Source: Squalus acanthias (taxonomy: Eukaryota). Taken from it: a stretch of DNA of 64,000 nt. The notes beneath the pieces were generated by a model that was not told the origin of the DNA, searched no databases, and was given only the letters and a program-made list of their open reading frames with translations. Both the position numbers and the translations under genes were made by a program. The stretch covers positions 134,356,001-134,420,000 of the forward strand of contig CM059431.1 of NCBI GenBank assembly GCA_030390025.1. The letters run 5' to 3'. The stretch's first letter is position 1; every line of letters starts with the position of its first letter. Below, piece after piece: positions 11,125-23,224 of the stretch.

Positions 11125-14100
11125 AAGTAAGAGAGGTAATAGCAGAGACTCTGACCATCATTTTCCAATCCTCTCTGGCTACAGTCATCATGGGTGACTT
11201 TAATCTACATATAGATTGGGCTAACCAAATTAGTAATAATACTGTGGAGGAGGAATTCCTGGAGTGTTTACGGGATGGTTTCCTGGACCAATATGTTGAG
11301 GAACCAACCGGAGATCAGGCCATCTTAGACTGGGTATTATGTAATGAGAGAGGATTAATTAGCAATCTTGTTGTACGAGGCCTCTTGGGTCAGAGTGATC
11401 ATAATATGATAGAATTCTTCATTAGGATGGAGAGTGAAGTAGTTGACTCAGAGACTAGGATCCTGAATTTAAATAAAGGAAACTACGATGGTATGAGGCG
11501 CGAGTTGGGTAGGATTGATTGGGGAATGTCACTCAAAGGGTTGACGGTGGATAGGCAATGGCAAATTTTCAAAGACCGCATGGATGAACTACAGAATTTG
11601 TTCATTCCAGTTTGGCATAAGAATAAAACAAAAAAGGTGACTCAACCGTGGCTAACAAGGGAAATTAGGGATAGCATAAGATCCAAGGAGAGGACATATA
11701 AATTGGCCAGAAAAAGCAGTAAACCTGAGGATTGGGAGCAGTTTAGGATTCAACAAAGGAGGACAAAGGGATTAATTAAGAAGGGGAAAATAGAATAGAG
11801 AGGAAGCTTGCGGCAAACATAACAACTGACTATAAGCTTTTATAGATATGTGAAGAGAAAAAGATTGGTGAAGTCAAGCGTTAGGTCCCTTGCAGTCAGA
11901 ATCAGGGGAACTTATAATGGGGAACAAATAAATGGCAGACCAATTAAATACATATTTTGGTTCTGTCTTCACAAAGGAGGACACAAATAACCTCCCAGAG
12001 ATGTCAGGGAACATAGGGTCTGATGAAAGGGAGGAACTGAAAGAAATCAGTATTTGTAGGGAAATGGTGTTAGGGAAATTGACGGTATTGAAGGCCGATA
12101 AATCCCCAGGGCCTGATAATCTACATCCTAGGGTACTTAAGGAAGTGGCCCTAGAAATAGTAGATGCATTGCTGATCATCTTCCAACATTCAATGGAATC
12201 TGGAACAATACCCATGGATTGGAGAGTAGCTAATGTTACCCCACTATTCAAAAAAGGTAGTAGAGAGAAAACATGGAATTACAGACCAGTAAGCCTGACA
12301 TCGGTAGTGGGGAAAATGCTGGAGTCCATTATGAAAGATGTAGTAGCAGAGCACTTGAAAAACAGTGACAGGATCGGACAAAGTCAACATGGATTTACAA
12401 AAGGTAAATCGTGCTTGACTAATCTACTGGAATTTTGAGGATGTAACTGGTAAAATAGATAAGGGAGAACCAGTGGATGTCGTGTATTTGGACTTTCAAA
12501 AGGCTTTCGATAAGGTCCTGCATAAGAGATTAGCGTGTAAAGTTAAGGCACATGGGATTGGGGGCAAGGTATTGACTTGGATAGAAAACTGGTTGGCAGA
12601 CAGAAAGCAAAGAGTTGGAATAAACGGGTCTTTTTCCGAGTGGCAGGCAGTGACTGGTGGGGTACCACAGGGATCGGTCCTTGGACCCCAGCTATTCACA
12701 ATATATATTAATGATCTAGACAAGGGAACTAGATGTAATATCTCTAAGTTTGCAGACAACACAAAGCTGGGTGGGTGTGTGTGCTGTGAGGAGGATGCCG
12801 AGAAACTCCAGGATGATTTGGACAGGTTGGGTGATTGGACAGAAGCATAGCAGATGCAATATAACGTGGATAAATACGAGGTTATCCACTTTGGTGTAAA
12901 AAACAGGAAGGCAGATTATTATCTGAATGGCAATAGATTGGGAGAAGGGGAAGTGCAACGAGACCTGGGTGTCCTTGTGCACCAGTCGCTGAAGGTAAGC
13001 GTGCAGGTGCCGCAGGCGGTTAAGAAGGCAAATGGTATGTTGGCCTTCGTAGCGAGAGGGTTTGAGTACAGGAACAAGGATGTCTTGCTGCAGTTGTACA
13101 GGGCCTTGGTGAGACCACATCTTGAGTATTGTGTGCAGTTTTGGTCGCCTTATCTGAGGAAGGAGGTTCTTGCCATGGAAGGAGTTCAGCGAAGATTCAC
13201 CAGGCTGATACCTGGGATGGCAGGAATGATGTATGAAGAGAGATTGGGTCGATTGGGCTTATACTCGATGGAATTTAGAAGAATGAGAGGGGATCTCATT
13301 GAAACTTATAAAATTCTGACAGGACTGGACAGACTAGATGCAGGAAGGATGTTCCCGATGGTCGGGGAGTCCAGAACCAGGGGTCACAGTCTAAGGATAA
13401 GAGGTAAGCCATTTAGCACAGAAATGAGGAGGAATTTCTTCACCCAGAGAGTGGTGAAACTGTGGAATTCTCTACCACAGAAGGCAGTTGAGGCCAATTC
13501 ATTAAATAGATTCAAGAAGGAGTTGGATATATTTCTTAAGGCTAAAGGGATATCGGGAGAAAGCAGGGACAGGGTTCTGAATTTGGATGATCAGCCATGA
13601 TCGCATTGAATGGCGGAGCAGGCTAGAGGGGCCGAATGGCCTACTCCTGCTCCTATCTATGTTTCTATGTTTACAGGTGTGGTGCCGGAGGACTGCTAAC
13701 GTGGTATCGTTGTCTATATGGATTTTCGCAAGGCTATTGATAAGGTCCCGCATGGCAGACTGGTCACGAAAGTAAAAGCCCATGGGATCCAAAGCAAAGT
13801 GGCAAGTTGGATCCAAAATTGGCTCAGAGGCAGGAAACAAAGGGTAATGGTCAAAGGGTGTTTTTGTGACTGGTAGGCTGTATCCAGTGGGGTTCCGCAG
13901 GGCCCAGTACTGGGTCCTTTGCTTTTTGTGGTATATATCAATGATTTGGACTTGAATGTAGGAAGTATGATTAAGAAGTTTGCAGATGATGCAAAAATTG
14001 GCTGTGTGGTTGACAATGAAGAAGAAAGCTGCAGACTGCAGGAAGATATCAATGGGCTGGTCAGGTGGGCAGAACAGTGGCAAATAGAATTCAATCTGGA

Positions 14101-14895
14101 GGAGTGTGAGGTAATGCATTTGGGGAGGGCTAACAAGGCAAGGGAATACACTATAAATGGTCGGACACTGAGGTGCAGAAGATCAGAGGGACCTTGGAGT
14201 GCATGTCCACAGATCCCTGAAGGTAGCAGGACAAGTAGATAAGGTGGTTAAAAAGGCATACGGGATACTTGCCTTTATTAGCCGAGGCATAGAATATAAG
14301 AGCAGGGAGGTTATGCTCGAACTGTATAAAACACTAGTTAGGCCACAGCTAGAATTCTGTATGCAGTTCTGGTCACCACATTACAGGAAGGATGTGATTG
14401 CACTAGAGGGGGTGCAGAGGAGATTTACGAGGATGTTGCCTGGGCTGGGGAATTTTAGCTATGAGGAAAGATTGGATAGGCTTGGGTTGTTTTCTTTGGA
14501 ACAGAGGAGGCTGAGGGGAGACCTAACTGAGGTGTATAACATGAGGGGGCTAGATAGTGGATAGGAAGGACCTATTTCCCTTGGCAGAAGGATCAATAAC
14601 CAGGGGGCATAGATTTCAAGTAATTGGTTGGAGGTTTAGAGGGGATTTGAGGAGAAATATTTTCACCCAGAGGGCAGTGGGGGTCTGGAACTCACTGCCT
14701 GAAAGGGTGGGAGAGGCAGAAACCCTCATCACATTTAAAAAGTACTTGGATATGCACTTGAAGTGCCGTAACCTACAGCGCTACGGACCAAGTGCAGGAA
14801 AGTGGGATTAGGGTGGATAGCTCTTTGTTGGCTGGCACGGACAAGATGGGCCGAATGGCCTCCTTCTGTGCTGTAAATTTCTATGATTCTATGAA
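11125..14895 (+). mobile_element. Older CR1 (11125-11184 and 13672-14895) split by a younger CR1
   Basis: ggcTACAG ... tTACAGgtgtggtgccggagg rejoins; RT ORFs 13919-14811. Confidence 0.8.
11185..13671 (+). mobile_element. CR1 LINE, young subfamily (partial APE, RT, 3' UTR)
   Basis: MGDFN...SDH endonuclease motifs and RT motifs; tail ctatctatgtttctatgt; TACAG duplication. Confidence 0.92.
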
Positions 14896-15504
14896 CAGTG
14901 GTGGATCTCATTACCCCACGGGGGAGATCTCTTTTCTCCACTGACCAAAAGGCTTCCAATTGCCTGGCTGTTTGGGAGGGATGATTCATGTCTTCCTGAA
15001 AATTATCTATTAATTATGCTTAATTCTTCAAATAGAAAAAAATATTTATAGTGGTGCTGCAAGAGTATTCCTACTTTCCTCATGGGGTTTAAATTTATTC
15101 ATCATATCCTTGAAGTGAAATGTAGCTCTGTCGTGTTCATAGAGCTGCTGTCTCAGCATTCATGATCATCTAAGTTTGTTAGAACATCCTCCACTTGAGG
15201 GTGGTCTGGAAGCTGAATCTCGGTAGAGCTGGTCTGGTAACAGAGTGGGATATTTAATCTAGTATTCATTAATGCCAACTCTCGTGAATTAATCGTGAGA
15301 TATGTGATTTCTAATGAAAATTTACGTCAACTCGCGATTTAACTGTGAAAAGTCATGCTTTTTTTCCTACTTTATTCATCTTTGTTTTGCCTCCTGGTGA
15401 TTGGCTGCTCTGGGACATGTGGATTTGATCAGGCCAATCAGCTGCAAAATTCTTTGACAGCTGTTCAGGGGTCTGGCAGTTAATTAACAGCAGAGGGAAC
15501 CAAT

Positions 15505-17180
15505 CTCAAAGTGAAGTGAAATAACAACTGAAAATGCTGGAAACACTCAGCAGGTCAGGCAGCATCTGTGGCGAGAGAAACCGGGTTAATGTTTCAGGTC
15601 TGTGACCCTTTGTCAGAACTGGAAAAAGTTAGAGAAGTAACAGGTTTTAAGCAGGTGCAGAGGCAGGGAAAGAGTGGGGGGGGGATGGAGAGGAGAGGAA
15701 GGAATTAAAGGGACAGTCTGTGCTAGGATTGAAGGCAGGCGAGATTAAATGTTGCAAATGGGGATGGCAGAATCATCAACAACTGCCGCCTGAGCCTGAA
15801 AAAATGGGTGGGGGTTATAGTCTGAAATTGTTGAACTCAATGTTGAGTCCAGAAGGCTGTAAAGTGCCTACTCGAAAGATGAGGTGCTGTTCCTTGAGCT
15901 TACATTGAGCTTCATTGGAACAGTGTAAGAGGCCAAGGACAGAGGTGTCAGAGTGGGAGTGGAGCGGAGAATTAAAGTCACAAGCGACCGGAAGCTCGGG
16001 CTCACCCTTACGGACTGACGGAGGTGTTCCGCAAAGCGGTCACCCAATCTGCGTTTGGTCTCCCCAATGTAGAAGAGAATTGTGAGCAGCGAATACAGTA
16101 TACTAAATTGCAAGAAGTACAAGTAAATCGCTGTTTCACCTGGAAGAGGTGTTTGGGGCCCTGGACAGTGGGAAGGGAGGAGGTAAAAGGGCAGGTGTTG
16201 CATCTCCTGCGCTTGCACGCGAAGGTGCCTTGGGGAGGGGAGGGGCTGTTGCGGGTGATTGAGGAGTGGACCAGGGTGTTGCAGAGGGAGCAGGTCCCTT
16301 CGGAATGCTGAAACGGGAGGGGGAGATCACGTTGGAGATGGTGGAAACGGCGGAGGATGATCCGTTGAATTTGGAGGCTGGTGGGGTGAAAGGTGAGGAC
16401 AAGGGTCAGTCATGATCGCATTGAATGGCGGAGCAGGCTAGAGGGGCCTGAATGGCCTACTCCTGCTCCTATCTTCTATAAGGGGAACCCTATTGTGGTT
16501 CTGGGAGGGAGAAGGGGTGAGAGCAGAAGTGCGGGAAATGGAACGGACACGGTCGAGGGCCATGCCAACCACGGTGGAGGGGAATCCTCGGTTGAGGAAA
16601 AAGGAAGCCATATCGGAAGCACTAGTATGGAAGGTGGCATCGTCCGAACAGATGCGGCGGAGACGGAGAAACTGGGAGAATGGAATAGAGTCCTTACAGG
16701 AAGCGGGGTGGGAGGAAGTGTAGTCCAGGTAGCTGTGGGAGTCAGTGGGCTTGCAGTGGATGTTTGTCGATAGCCTATCGCCAGAAATGGAGACAGAGAA
16801 TTCAAGGAAGGGAAGAGAAGAGTTGGAGATGGACCATGTGAAGGTGAGGGAAGGGTGGAAATTGGAAGCAAAGTGAATGAAATTTTCTAGTTCAAGGCGA
16901 GAACTAGTTCAGAGCAGGAAACTGCGCCAATACAGTCATCAGTGTACTGGAAAAAGAGGTGAGGGAGGGGACCCGAGTAGGACTGGAACAAAGAATGTTC
17001 CACATATCTCACGAAAAGGCAGGCATAGCTAGGGCCCATGCGGGTTCCCATAGCAACACCTTTAATTTGGAGGAAGTGAGTGGAGTCAAAGGAGAAGTTG
17101 TTCAATGTGAGAACAAGTTCAGCCAAGCGGAGGGTGGTGGTGGATGGGGACTGGTTGGGCCTCTGTTCAAGGAAGAAGCG
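15505..17180 (-). mobile_element. Penelope-like retroelement (RT + GIY-YIG remnants, 3' end with decayed hammerhead)
   Basis: LVLTLNNFSF...QIKGVAMGTRMGPSYACLF...FQYTDD and YIGETKRRLGDRFAEHLR; ~70-bp CR1 tail inserted at ~16408-16478. Confidence 0.88.
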
Positions 17181-17443
17181 GACGAGGGAACTAGATGTAA
17201 TATCTCCAAGTTTGCAGACGACAAAGCTGGGTGGGCGTGTGTGTTGTGAGGAGGATGCAGAGAAACTCCAGTATGATTTGGACAAGTTGGGTGATTGGGC
17301 AGATGCATGGCAGATGCAGTATAATGTGGATAAATGCGAGGTTATCCACTTTGGTGGCAAAAACAGGAAGGCAGATTATTATCTGAACGGCAATAGATTG
17401 GGAAAAGGGAAAGTGCAACGAGACCTGGGAGTCCTTGTGCACC
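17181..17443 (+). mobile_element. Internal fragment of the young CR1 subfamily
   Basis: Close match to 12719-12982. Confidence 0.85.
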
Positions 17444-17444
17444 T

Positions 17445-18600
17445 GTTGGGGGACAGGAAAGAGGAGGGCATTGAAGAGGGTGTTCAAATTTTTAGGCTGC
17501 TCCAGATGGTTTCCTTGAGTCCAGTGACAATCATTCCTGTAGGTAGGTCCACACGCCCAGTTAACAGAAGTGAATTTATATACCAATATCCGGTAATGTA
17601 GCATTGCCAAAGGTCAATCAGAACACTCTTCCTGTTGTAATTTGCTAATTGAATATGACCGCAGCCCTCCCATGTATTTGGATAGTGGAAGAATAATTCA
17701 GTGGTTCTCAAACTGGGGTCTGCACAGACAGGCCGGTAAACAGCAGAGGGGGCGAAAAAACCCTGAAACACTAGTAGGTGGGCGGTGAAGGATTCTTCTT
17801 CCTTCTTCTTAGGCAGTCCCTCGGAACCGAGGATGACTTGCTTCCACATTAAAAATTAGTTCTCAGGTGACTGATGAGTCCAATGCGGGACCTACAGTCT
17901 CTGTCACAGGTGGGGCAGACGGTGGTTGAAGGGGCAGGTGGGTGGGGGGCTTGGGTTGACGTGCGCTCCTTGCGCTACCTGCGCTTGGCTTCCGCTTGCT
18001 CCCGGCAAAGAGACTCGAGGTGTTCGGCGCCTTCCCGGATGCTTCTCCTCCACTTTGTGCGGTCTTGGGCCAGGGATTCCCAGGTGTCAGCGGGGATGTT
18101 ACACTTTTTCAAGGAGGCTTTGAGGGTGTCCTTGAAGCGTTTCCTCTGCCCACCTGGGGCTCTCTTGCCATGCCGGCGCTCTGAGTAGAGCGCTTGTTTT
18201 GGGAGTCTCGTATTGGGCATGCGGACAATGTGACCCGTCCATCGGAGCTGATCGAGCGTCGTCAAAGCTTCGATGCTGGGGATGTTGGCCTGAGCGAGAA
18301 CACTGACGCCTGAAACAGTGCCAGTGATTACATCTGAAACGGTGCCAGTGTTCCCAACAGGAGCCACCAAGCCTAATCCCACTCCAGGAAGAGCAAGGAG
18401 GTGTCGTGCGGTGAAGTGCTCAACAGGCATGTTGCTGAACCTGTAGGGTTACCTTTCAGCTGAAGAAGATAAAAGTTTTCACATCACCAAACACATCAAT
18501 GTTCAGTAGGGGTGATCGTGACTCCTGTCTCCATGGGAAGGTGTTTTTTGATTATTTTCCCCCTCAAAACCTACCTTTGGTTGGCAGCTACAGGGACTGC
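17445..18600 (-). mobile_element. Degraded Tx1/L1-clade ORF2 C-terminal relic, split by an RTE
   Basis: Minus-strand EWD*AWWLLLGTL, then PSAVYRPVC...ELFFHYP and LKETIWSS, resembling the DLxWxLLxG / CCHC / KxxIW order. Confidence 0.4.
17795..18308 (-). mobile_element. RTE-clade LINE 3' fragment
   Basis: QLRWTGHIVRMPNTRLPKQALYSE...GGQRKRFKDTLK; (AAG)n tail. Confidence 0.9.
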
Positions 18601-19212
18601 ATTGCATGGTGGTTGTGTTGGGCACCAGGTGAAGGGTGGTCATAATGGGTAGGATTTTTAAAAGGTTTTTGTAAAACATTTTCAGATGCAGTAATCTAGT
18701 TTTTGTAAAGAGCTGTGACCTGTTCAAGATTAAATAAAGCCACTAATGAGGTTTATAGACCAAAAATAGCAACTCGTGATTTCTTACCAAATCTCATTTT
18801 TAAGAGTTTGTCTCATGATTTATGAGATGGCGGGGTTGGCATTAATGGGTATTGCATAAATATGCCTCTATTTAGATCCCCTTAGATCTAATATATCTCT
18901 CATGGAAGGTCATTCTGTTGGTGGCTCTGATTTCACCATGTAGGGTCAGTAAGGTTGAGACACTAGACTTGTCTGATTTGGCACTTTGATCGTGCATTGC
19001 TTAAAGAATACCTGGGTTTCCTGCCAATGGTTGCACTAGGGTTGCCAACTCTAGTTGGAGGCATTCCTGGAGGTTTAATCAAGGATGTGTGGTCACGTGG
19101 CACCTACAAATGTTATTGCATTTACCGTATAAAGGTTGGGTCTCCTGTAGTTGAGTATCTTTGCTCGTGGTTTCACACCAGCAGCTGTTGAGCGAGGAGT
19201 TCCAAGAACCAG

Positions 19213-20520
19213 TGACCGGATCGGACAAAGTCAACATGGATTTACATAAGGTAAATCATGCTTGACTAATCTACTGGAATTTTTTGAGGATGTAACTGGG
19301 AAAATAGATAAGGGCGAACCAGTGGATGTGGTGTATTTGGACTTCCAAAAGGCTTTTGATAAGGTCCCGCATAAGAGATTAGCGTGTAAAGTTAAGGCAC
19401 ATGGGATTGGGGGCAAGGTATTGACTTGGATAGAAAACTGGTTGGCAAACAGAAAGCAAAGAGTTGCAATAAACGGGTCTTTTTCCGAGTGGCAGGCAGT
19501 GACTAGTGGGGTACCGCAGGGATCGGTCCTTGGACCCCAGCTATTCACAATATATATTAATGATCTAGACAAGGGAACTAGATGTAATATCTCCAAGTTT
19601 GCAGACGACACAAAACTGGGTGGGCGTGTGTGCCGCGAGGAGGATGCCGAGAAACTCCAGGATGATTTGGACAGGTTGGGTGATTGGGCAGAAGTGTGGC
19701 AGATGCAATATAACGTGGATAAATGGGAGGTTATCCACTTTGGTGTCAAAAACAGAAAGGCAGATTATTATCTGAATGGCAATAGATTGGGAGAAGGGGA
19801 AGTGCAACCTGGGTGTCCTTGTGCACCAGTCACTGAAGGTAAGCATGCAGGTGCAGCAGGCGGTTAAGAAGGCAAATGGTATGTTGGCCTTCATAGCGAG
19901 AGGGTTTGCGTACAGGAACGAGGATGTCTTGCTGCAGTTGTACAGGGCCTTGGTGAAACCACACCTTGAGTACTGTGTGCAGTTTTGGTCGCCTTATCTG
20001 AGGAAGGATGTTCTTGCCATGGAAGGAGTTCAGCGAAGATTCACAAGGCTGATACCTGGGATGGCAGGAATGACTTATGAAGAGAGATTGGGTCGATTGG
20101 GCTTATACTCGCTCGAGTTTAGAAGAATGAGAGGGGATCTCATTGAAACTTATAAAATTCTGACAGGACAGGACAAACTAGATGCAGGAAGGATGTTCCC
20201 GATGGTCAGGGAGTCCAGAACCAGGGGTCACAGTCTAAGGATAAGGGGTAAGTCATTTAGGACAGAAATGAGGAGGAATTTCTTCACCCGAGAGTGGTGA
20301 ACCTGTGGCATTCTCTACCACAGAAGGCAGTAAAGGCCAATTCATTAAATAGATTCAAGAAGGAGCTGGATATATTTCTTAAGGCTAAAGGGATCAAGGG
20401 ATATGGGGAGAAAGCAGGGACAGGGTACTGAATTTGGATGATCAGCCATGATCGCATTGAATGGCGGAGCAGGCTAGAGGGGCCGAATGGCCTACTCCTG
20501 CTCCTATCTTCTATGATTCT
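19213..20520 (+). mobile_element. CR1 LINE, young subfamily, 5'-truncated
   Basis: RT ORFs 19262-20300; AACCAG at both flanks (19207-19212, 20521-20526). Confidence 0.92.
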
Positions 20521-20761
20521 AACCAGGTGGCCACCCATGAGTAGGGGAAGAAGGGAAACAGAGGGCAAGGAAGAGAAGAAACCGAGGGGGAGAGAGAGTG
20601 ATTCACAGGGAGGAACCAGAGGTGAGGAACTTTGATTCTACCACTAAATAACTCACTGAAATTGCACTGAAAACTGACAGTAATACAAGTAACACTCACA
20701 TCCCTCATAACCAACAGTAATACAATAACTCACTGATAGTCTACATGTAACTGGTAGTAAT

Positions 20762-21712
20762 TACAGTATGCAGACGACACTTGCGTCTGCGCTCACTCGG
20801 AGGTCGAACTCCAAACCATCGTCAATACCTTCACTGAAGCGTACGAGAGCATGGGCCTTACACTAAACATCCATAAGACAAAGGTCCTCTATCAACCTGC
20901 CCCCGCCACACAGTACTGCCCCCCGATTATCAAAATCCATAACGTGGACCACTTTCCATACTCGGGAGCCTACTGTCAACAAGGGCAGACGTCGACGAAG
21001 TCCAACACCGCCTTCAGTGTGCCAGTGCAGCCTTCGGTCGCCTGAGGAAGAGAGTGTTTGAAGACCAGGACCTCAAACTAAGCTAAGCTCATGGTCTACA
21101 GAGCAGCAGTGATACCCACCCTGCTGTATGCCTCAGAGACATGGACCATGTACAGCAGGCACCTCAAAGCACTGGAGAGGTACCACCAACGCTGCCTCCG
21201 CAAGATCCTGCAAATCCATTGGCAGGATAGGCGCACCAACGTCAGTGTTCTCGCTCAGGCCAACATCCCCAGCATCGAAGCTTTGACCATGCTCAATCAG
21301 CTCCGATGGATGGGTCACATTGTCCGCATGCCCGATACGAGACTCCCAAAACAAGCGCTCTACTCGGAGCTCCGGCACGGCAAGAGAGCCCCAGGTGGGC
21401 AGAGGAAATGCTTCAAGAACACCCTCAAAGCCTCCTTGAAAAAGTGTAACATCCCCACCTGGGAATCCCTGGCCCAAGACCGCATAAAGTGGAGAAGTAT
21501 CCGGGAAGGCGCCGAACACCTCGAGTCTCTTCGCCGGGAGCAAGCGGAAGCCAAGCGCACGGAGCGCATGTCAACCCAAGCACCCCACCCACCGTCTGCC
21601 CCATCTGTGACAGAGTCTGTAGGTCCCGCATTGGACTCATCAGTCACCTGCGAACTCATTTTTAATGTGGAAGCAAGTCATCCTCGGTTCCGAGGGACTG
21701 CCCAAGAAGAAA
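20762..21712 (+). mobile_element. RTE-clade LINE, 5'-truncated at the YADD motif
   Basis: Starts cagtatgcagacgac (QYADD); ORF 21091 has LLYASETW...QLRWMGH; TGGTAGTAAT occurs on both sides. Confidence 0.9.
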
Positions 21713-21813
21713 TTGAGATTGGTAGTAATAGGTGTAATGCCTCGATATCTTACCTGTAACTATTGTGAGAAGTCGCACAACACCAGGTTATAGTCCAACA
21801 GGCTTATTTGAAA

Positions 21814-21850
21814 TCACAAGCTTTCGGAGCGCTGCTCCTTCGTCAGGTGA
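21814..21850 (-). ncRNA. Minimal type I hammerhead ribozyme (Penelope pLTR)
   Basis: Minus strand UCAC-CUGACGA-A-GGAGC-AGC-GCUCC-GAAA-GCUU-GUGA; palindromic AAGCUU stem III. Confidence 0.75.
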
Positions 21851-22183
21851 AGTGAAGAGAAACATATAGGCACAGCATATATAGTCAGAGAACAATGCCA
21901 GATGATTACAGTTAATCTTTCCAACTGCCCTTTATCACACCTTGGCAGAGATAATCACGGCAATCAAAGGTGTGGATGGTGTCCAAACAGGTCTTGCATC
22001 TCTGTAGAAACTTGATGTCTGGTCGATATGCGCGATCTTCTTGGAGATCCTCTCCACTTTGAGCCGGCAGTTTGTGGTGTCGATAGTAGCCATGATGTGG
22101 AGATGTTGGACTGGGGTGGACAAATGTGAGAAGTCGTACAACACCAGGTTATAGTCCAACAGGTTTATTTGTATCTCTTCACT

Positions 22184-22220
22184 TCACCTGACGAAGGAGC
22201 GGCGCTCCGAAAGCTTGTGA
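22184..22220 (+). ncRNA. Minimal type I hammerhead ribozyme (inverted pLTR), sense to the DNAJC3 pre-mRNA
   Basis: UCAC-CUGACGA-A-GGAGC-GGC-GCUCC-GAAA-GCUU-GUGA; AATAAA at 22226-22231. Confidence 0.75.
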
Positions 22221-23224
22221 TTTCAAATAAACCTGTTGGACTATAACCTGGTGTTGTGCGACTTCTTACCTGTAACTAATAGTAATCCTATAACCTGCTC
22301 TTATTTACCTTGAAACCATAGCCAGAAATCACTTACCCCATTACTGCCTGCTCCTCTCTTGGTGCTTCTCCTACTTACCATGTTTCTTCTGCTGCTGTTC
22401 CCAGCTCTGCAGAAAACATTGATCCTCACATCCAACCCATTGCCCAGTCTCTATCTCTCCCACAGACTCCATTCCCCATTTCTTAACCTCCCCCTGCCCC
22501 CAATTCTCCAGTCTCCATCTCTCCATCGGCCCTTGTGGTCTCCCCGATTGGTGATTCCTGAGACCCACCCAGACTCCCAGCCCTCAAGTGTTCACAACAC
22601 CAGATGGCCCTGGCTCTCTGCGGTGGTGGGGTGACGTTACCAGGCCGGAAGTGGAAAATTACACCACACCATGGAGCCCATTGCAACTGGCACCTGATTG
22701 CAAACTGAAGGGGAGGTAGAGCTGTGTCTGAGTTCATTCACCCTGTACAAGGACAGACTGCAGTGCTGACATGTATGGGCGAACTGGCGATTGAAATTGG
22801 GCACTAGCACTCGGGAGAGGTACTGGTGATTTCAGGAGACTCTAGCCGTAACATGAGGACCCTAGGTTGCACCCCAGTTTCATTTAGCCAAAAAATTTGT
22901 TTTCTAATATTTAATCCTCTTGCTTTCACCTCTACTTTCAGAATTAGAAAGTATTGTCACTTTATGGTTGCACTGGAGCTCTCACTGATCATAGATCATA
23001 CCAAATCCTCATGCCAATCTCAGCAGGTATTTGCTTTATATGGTCTGAAGGCAAGCACAGTCACTAAAATGCAGTTGCCATGTGGCTTATTAAAGTATAT
23101 TATGTTACTACTATCTAGCTGGCAGGAAACCAGGGTCAATTAAAGGTTCCTAGGTACCCCTGAATGTGATGTCGTAGAGATTTGTGTCACTCCTAAACCA
23201 AAAGTTCTATATCTTCTGCTGGAA

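Larger units (their letters stand above)
15267..18847. mobile_element. hAT-like DNA element with nested Penelope, CR1, Tx1-like and RTE inserts
   Basis: Perfect 13-bp TIR CATTAATGCCAAC (15267-15279) / GTTGGCATTAATG (18835-18847); flanks agtatt/ggtatt; subterminal TCGTGA/TCATGA motifs. Confidence 0.6.
21763..22263 (-). mobile_element. Non-autonomous mini Penelope-like element with direct and inverted pseudo-LTRs
   Basis: 15-bp TSD TCTTACCTGTAACTA (21748-21762, 22264-22278); ORF start MATIDTTNCRLKVERISKKIAHID(frameshift)DIKFLQRCK; two hammerhead motifs. Confidence 0.85.

Noticed and set aside
7314..14811. Long ORFs as host genes or an intact reverse transcriptase
   Set aside because: All are frameshifted or stop-interrupted CR1 ORF2 fragments or their antisense shadows; no intact autonomous element is present.
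17699..17722. CAGTGGTTCTCAAACTGGGGTC resembling a hAT-Charlie TIR
   Set aside because: No partner inverted end or TSD was found, and it lies within the putative Tx1-like reading frame.
20640..22310. CRISPR-like or regular repeat array (gtaactggtagtaat-like units)
   Set aside because: Irregular degenerate AT-rich repeats plus TSDs in a vertebrate intron; no constant repeat-spacer periodicity.
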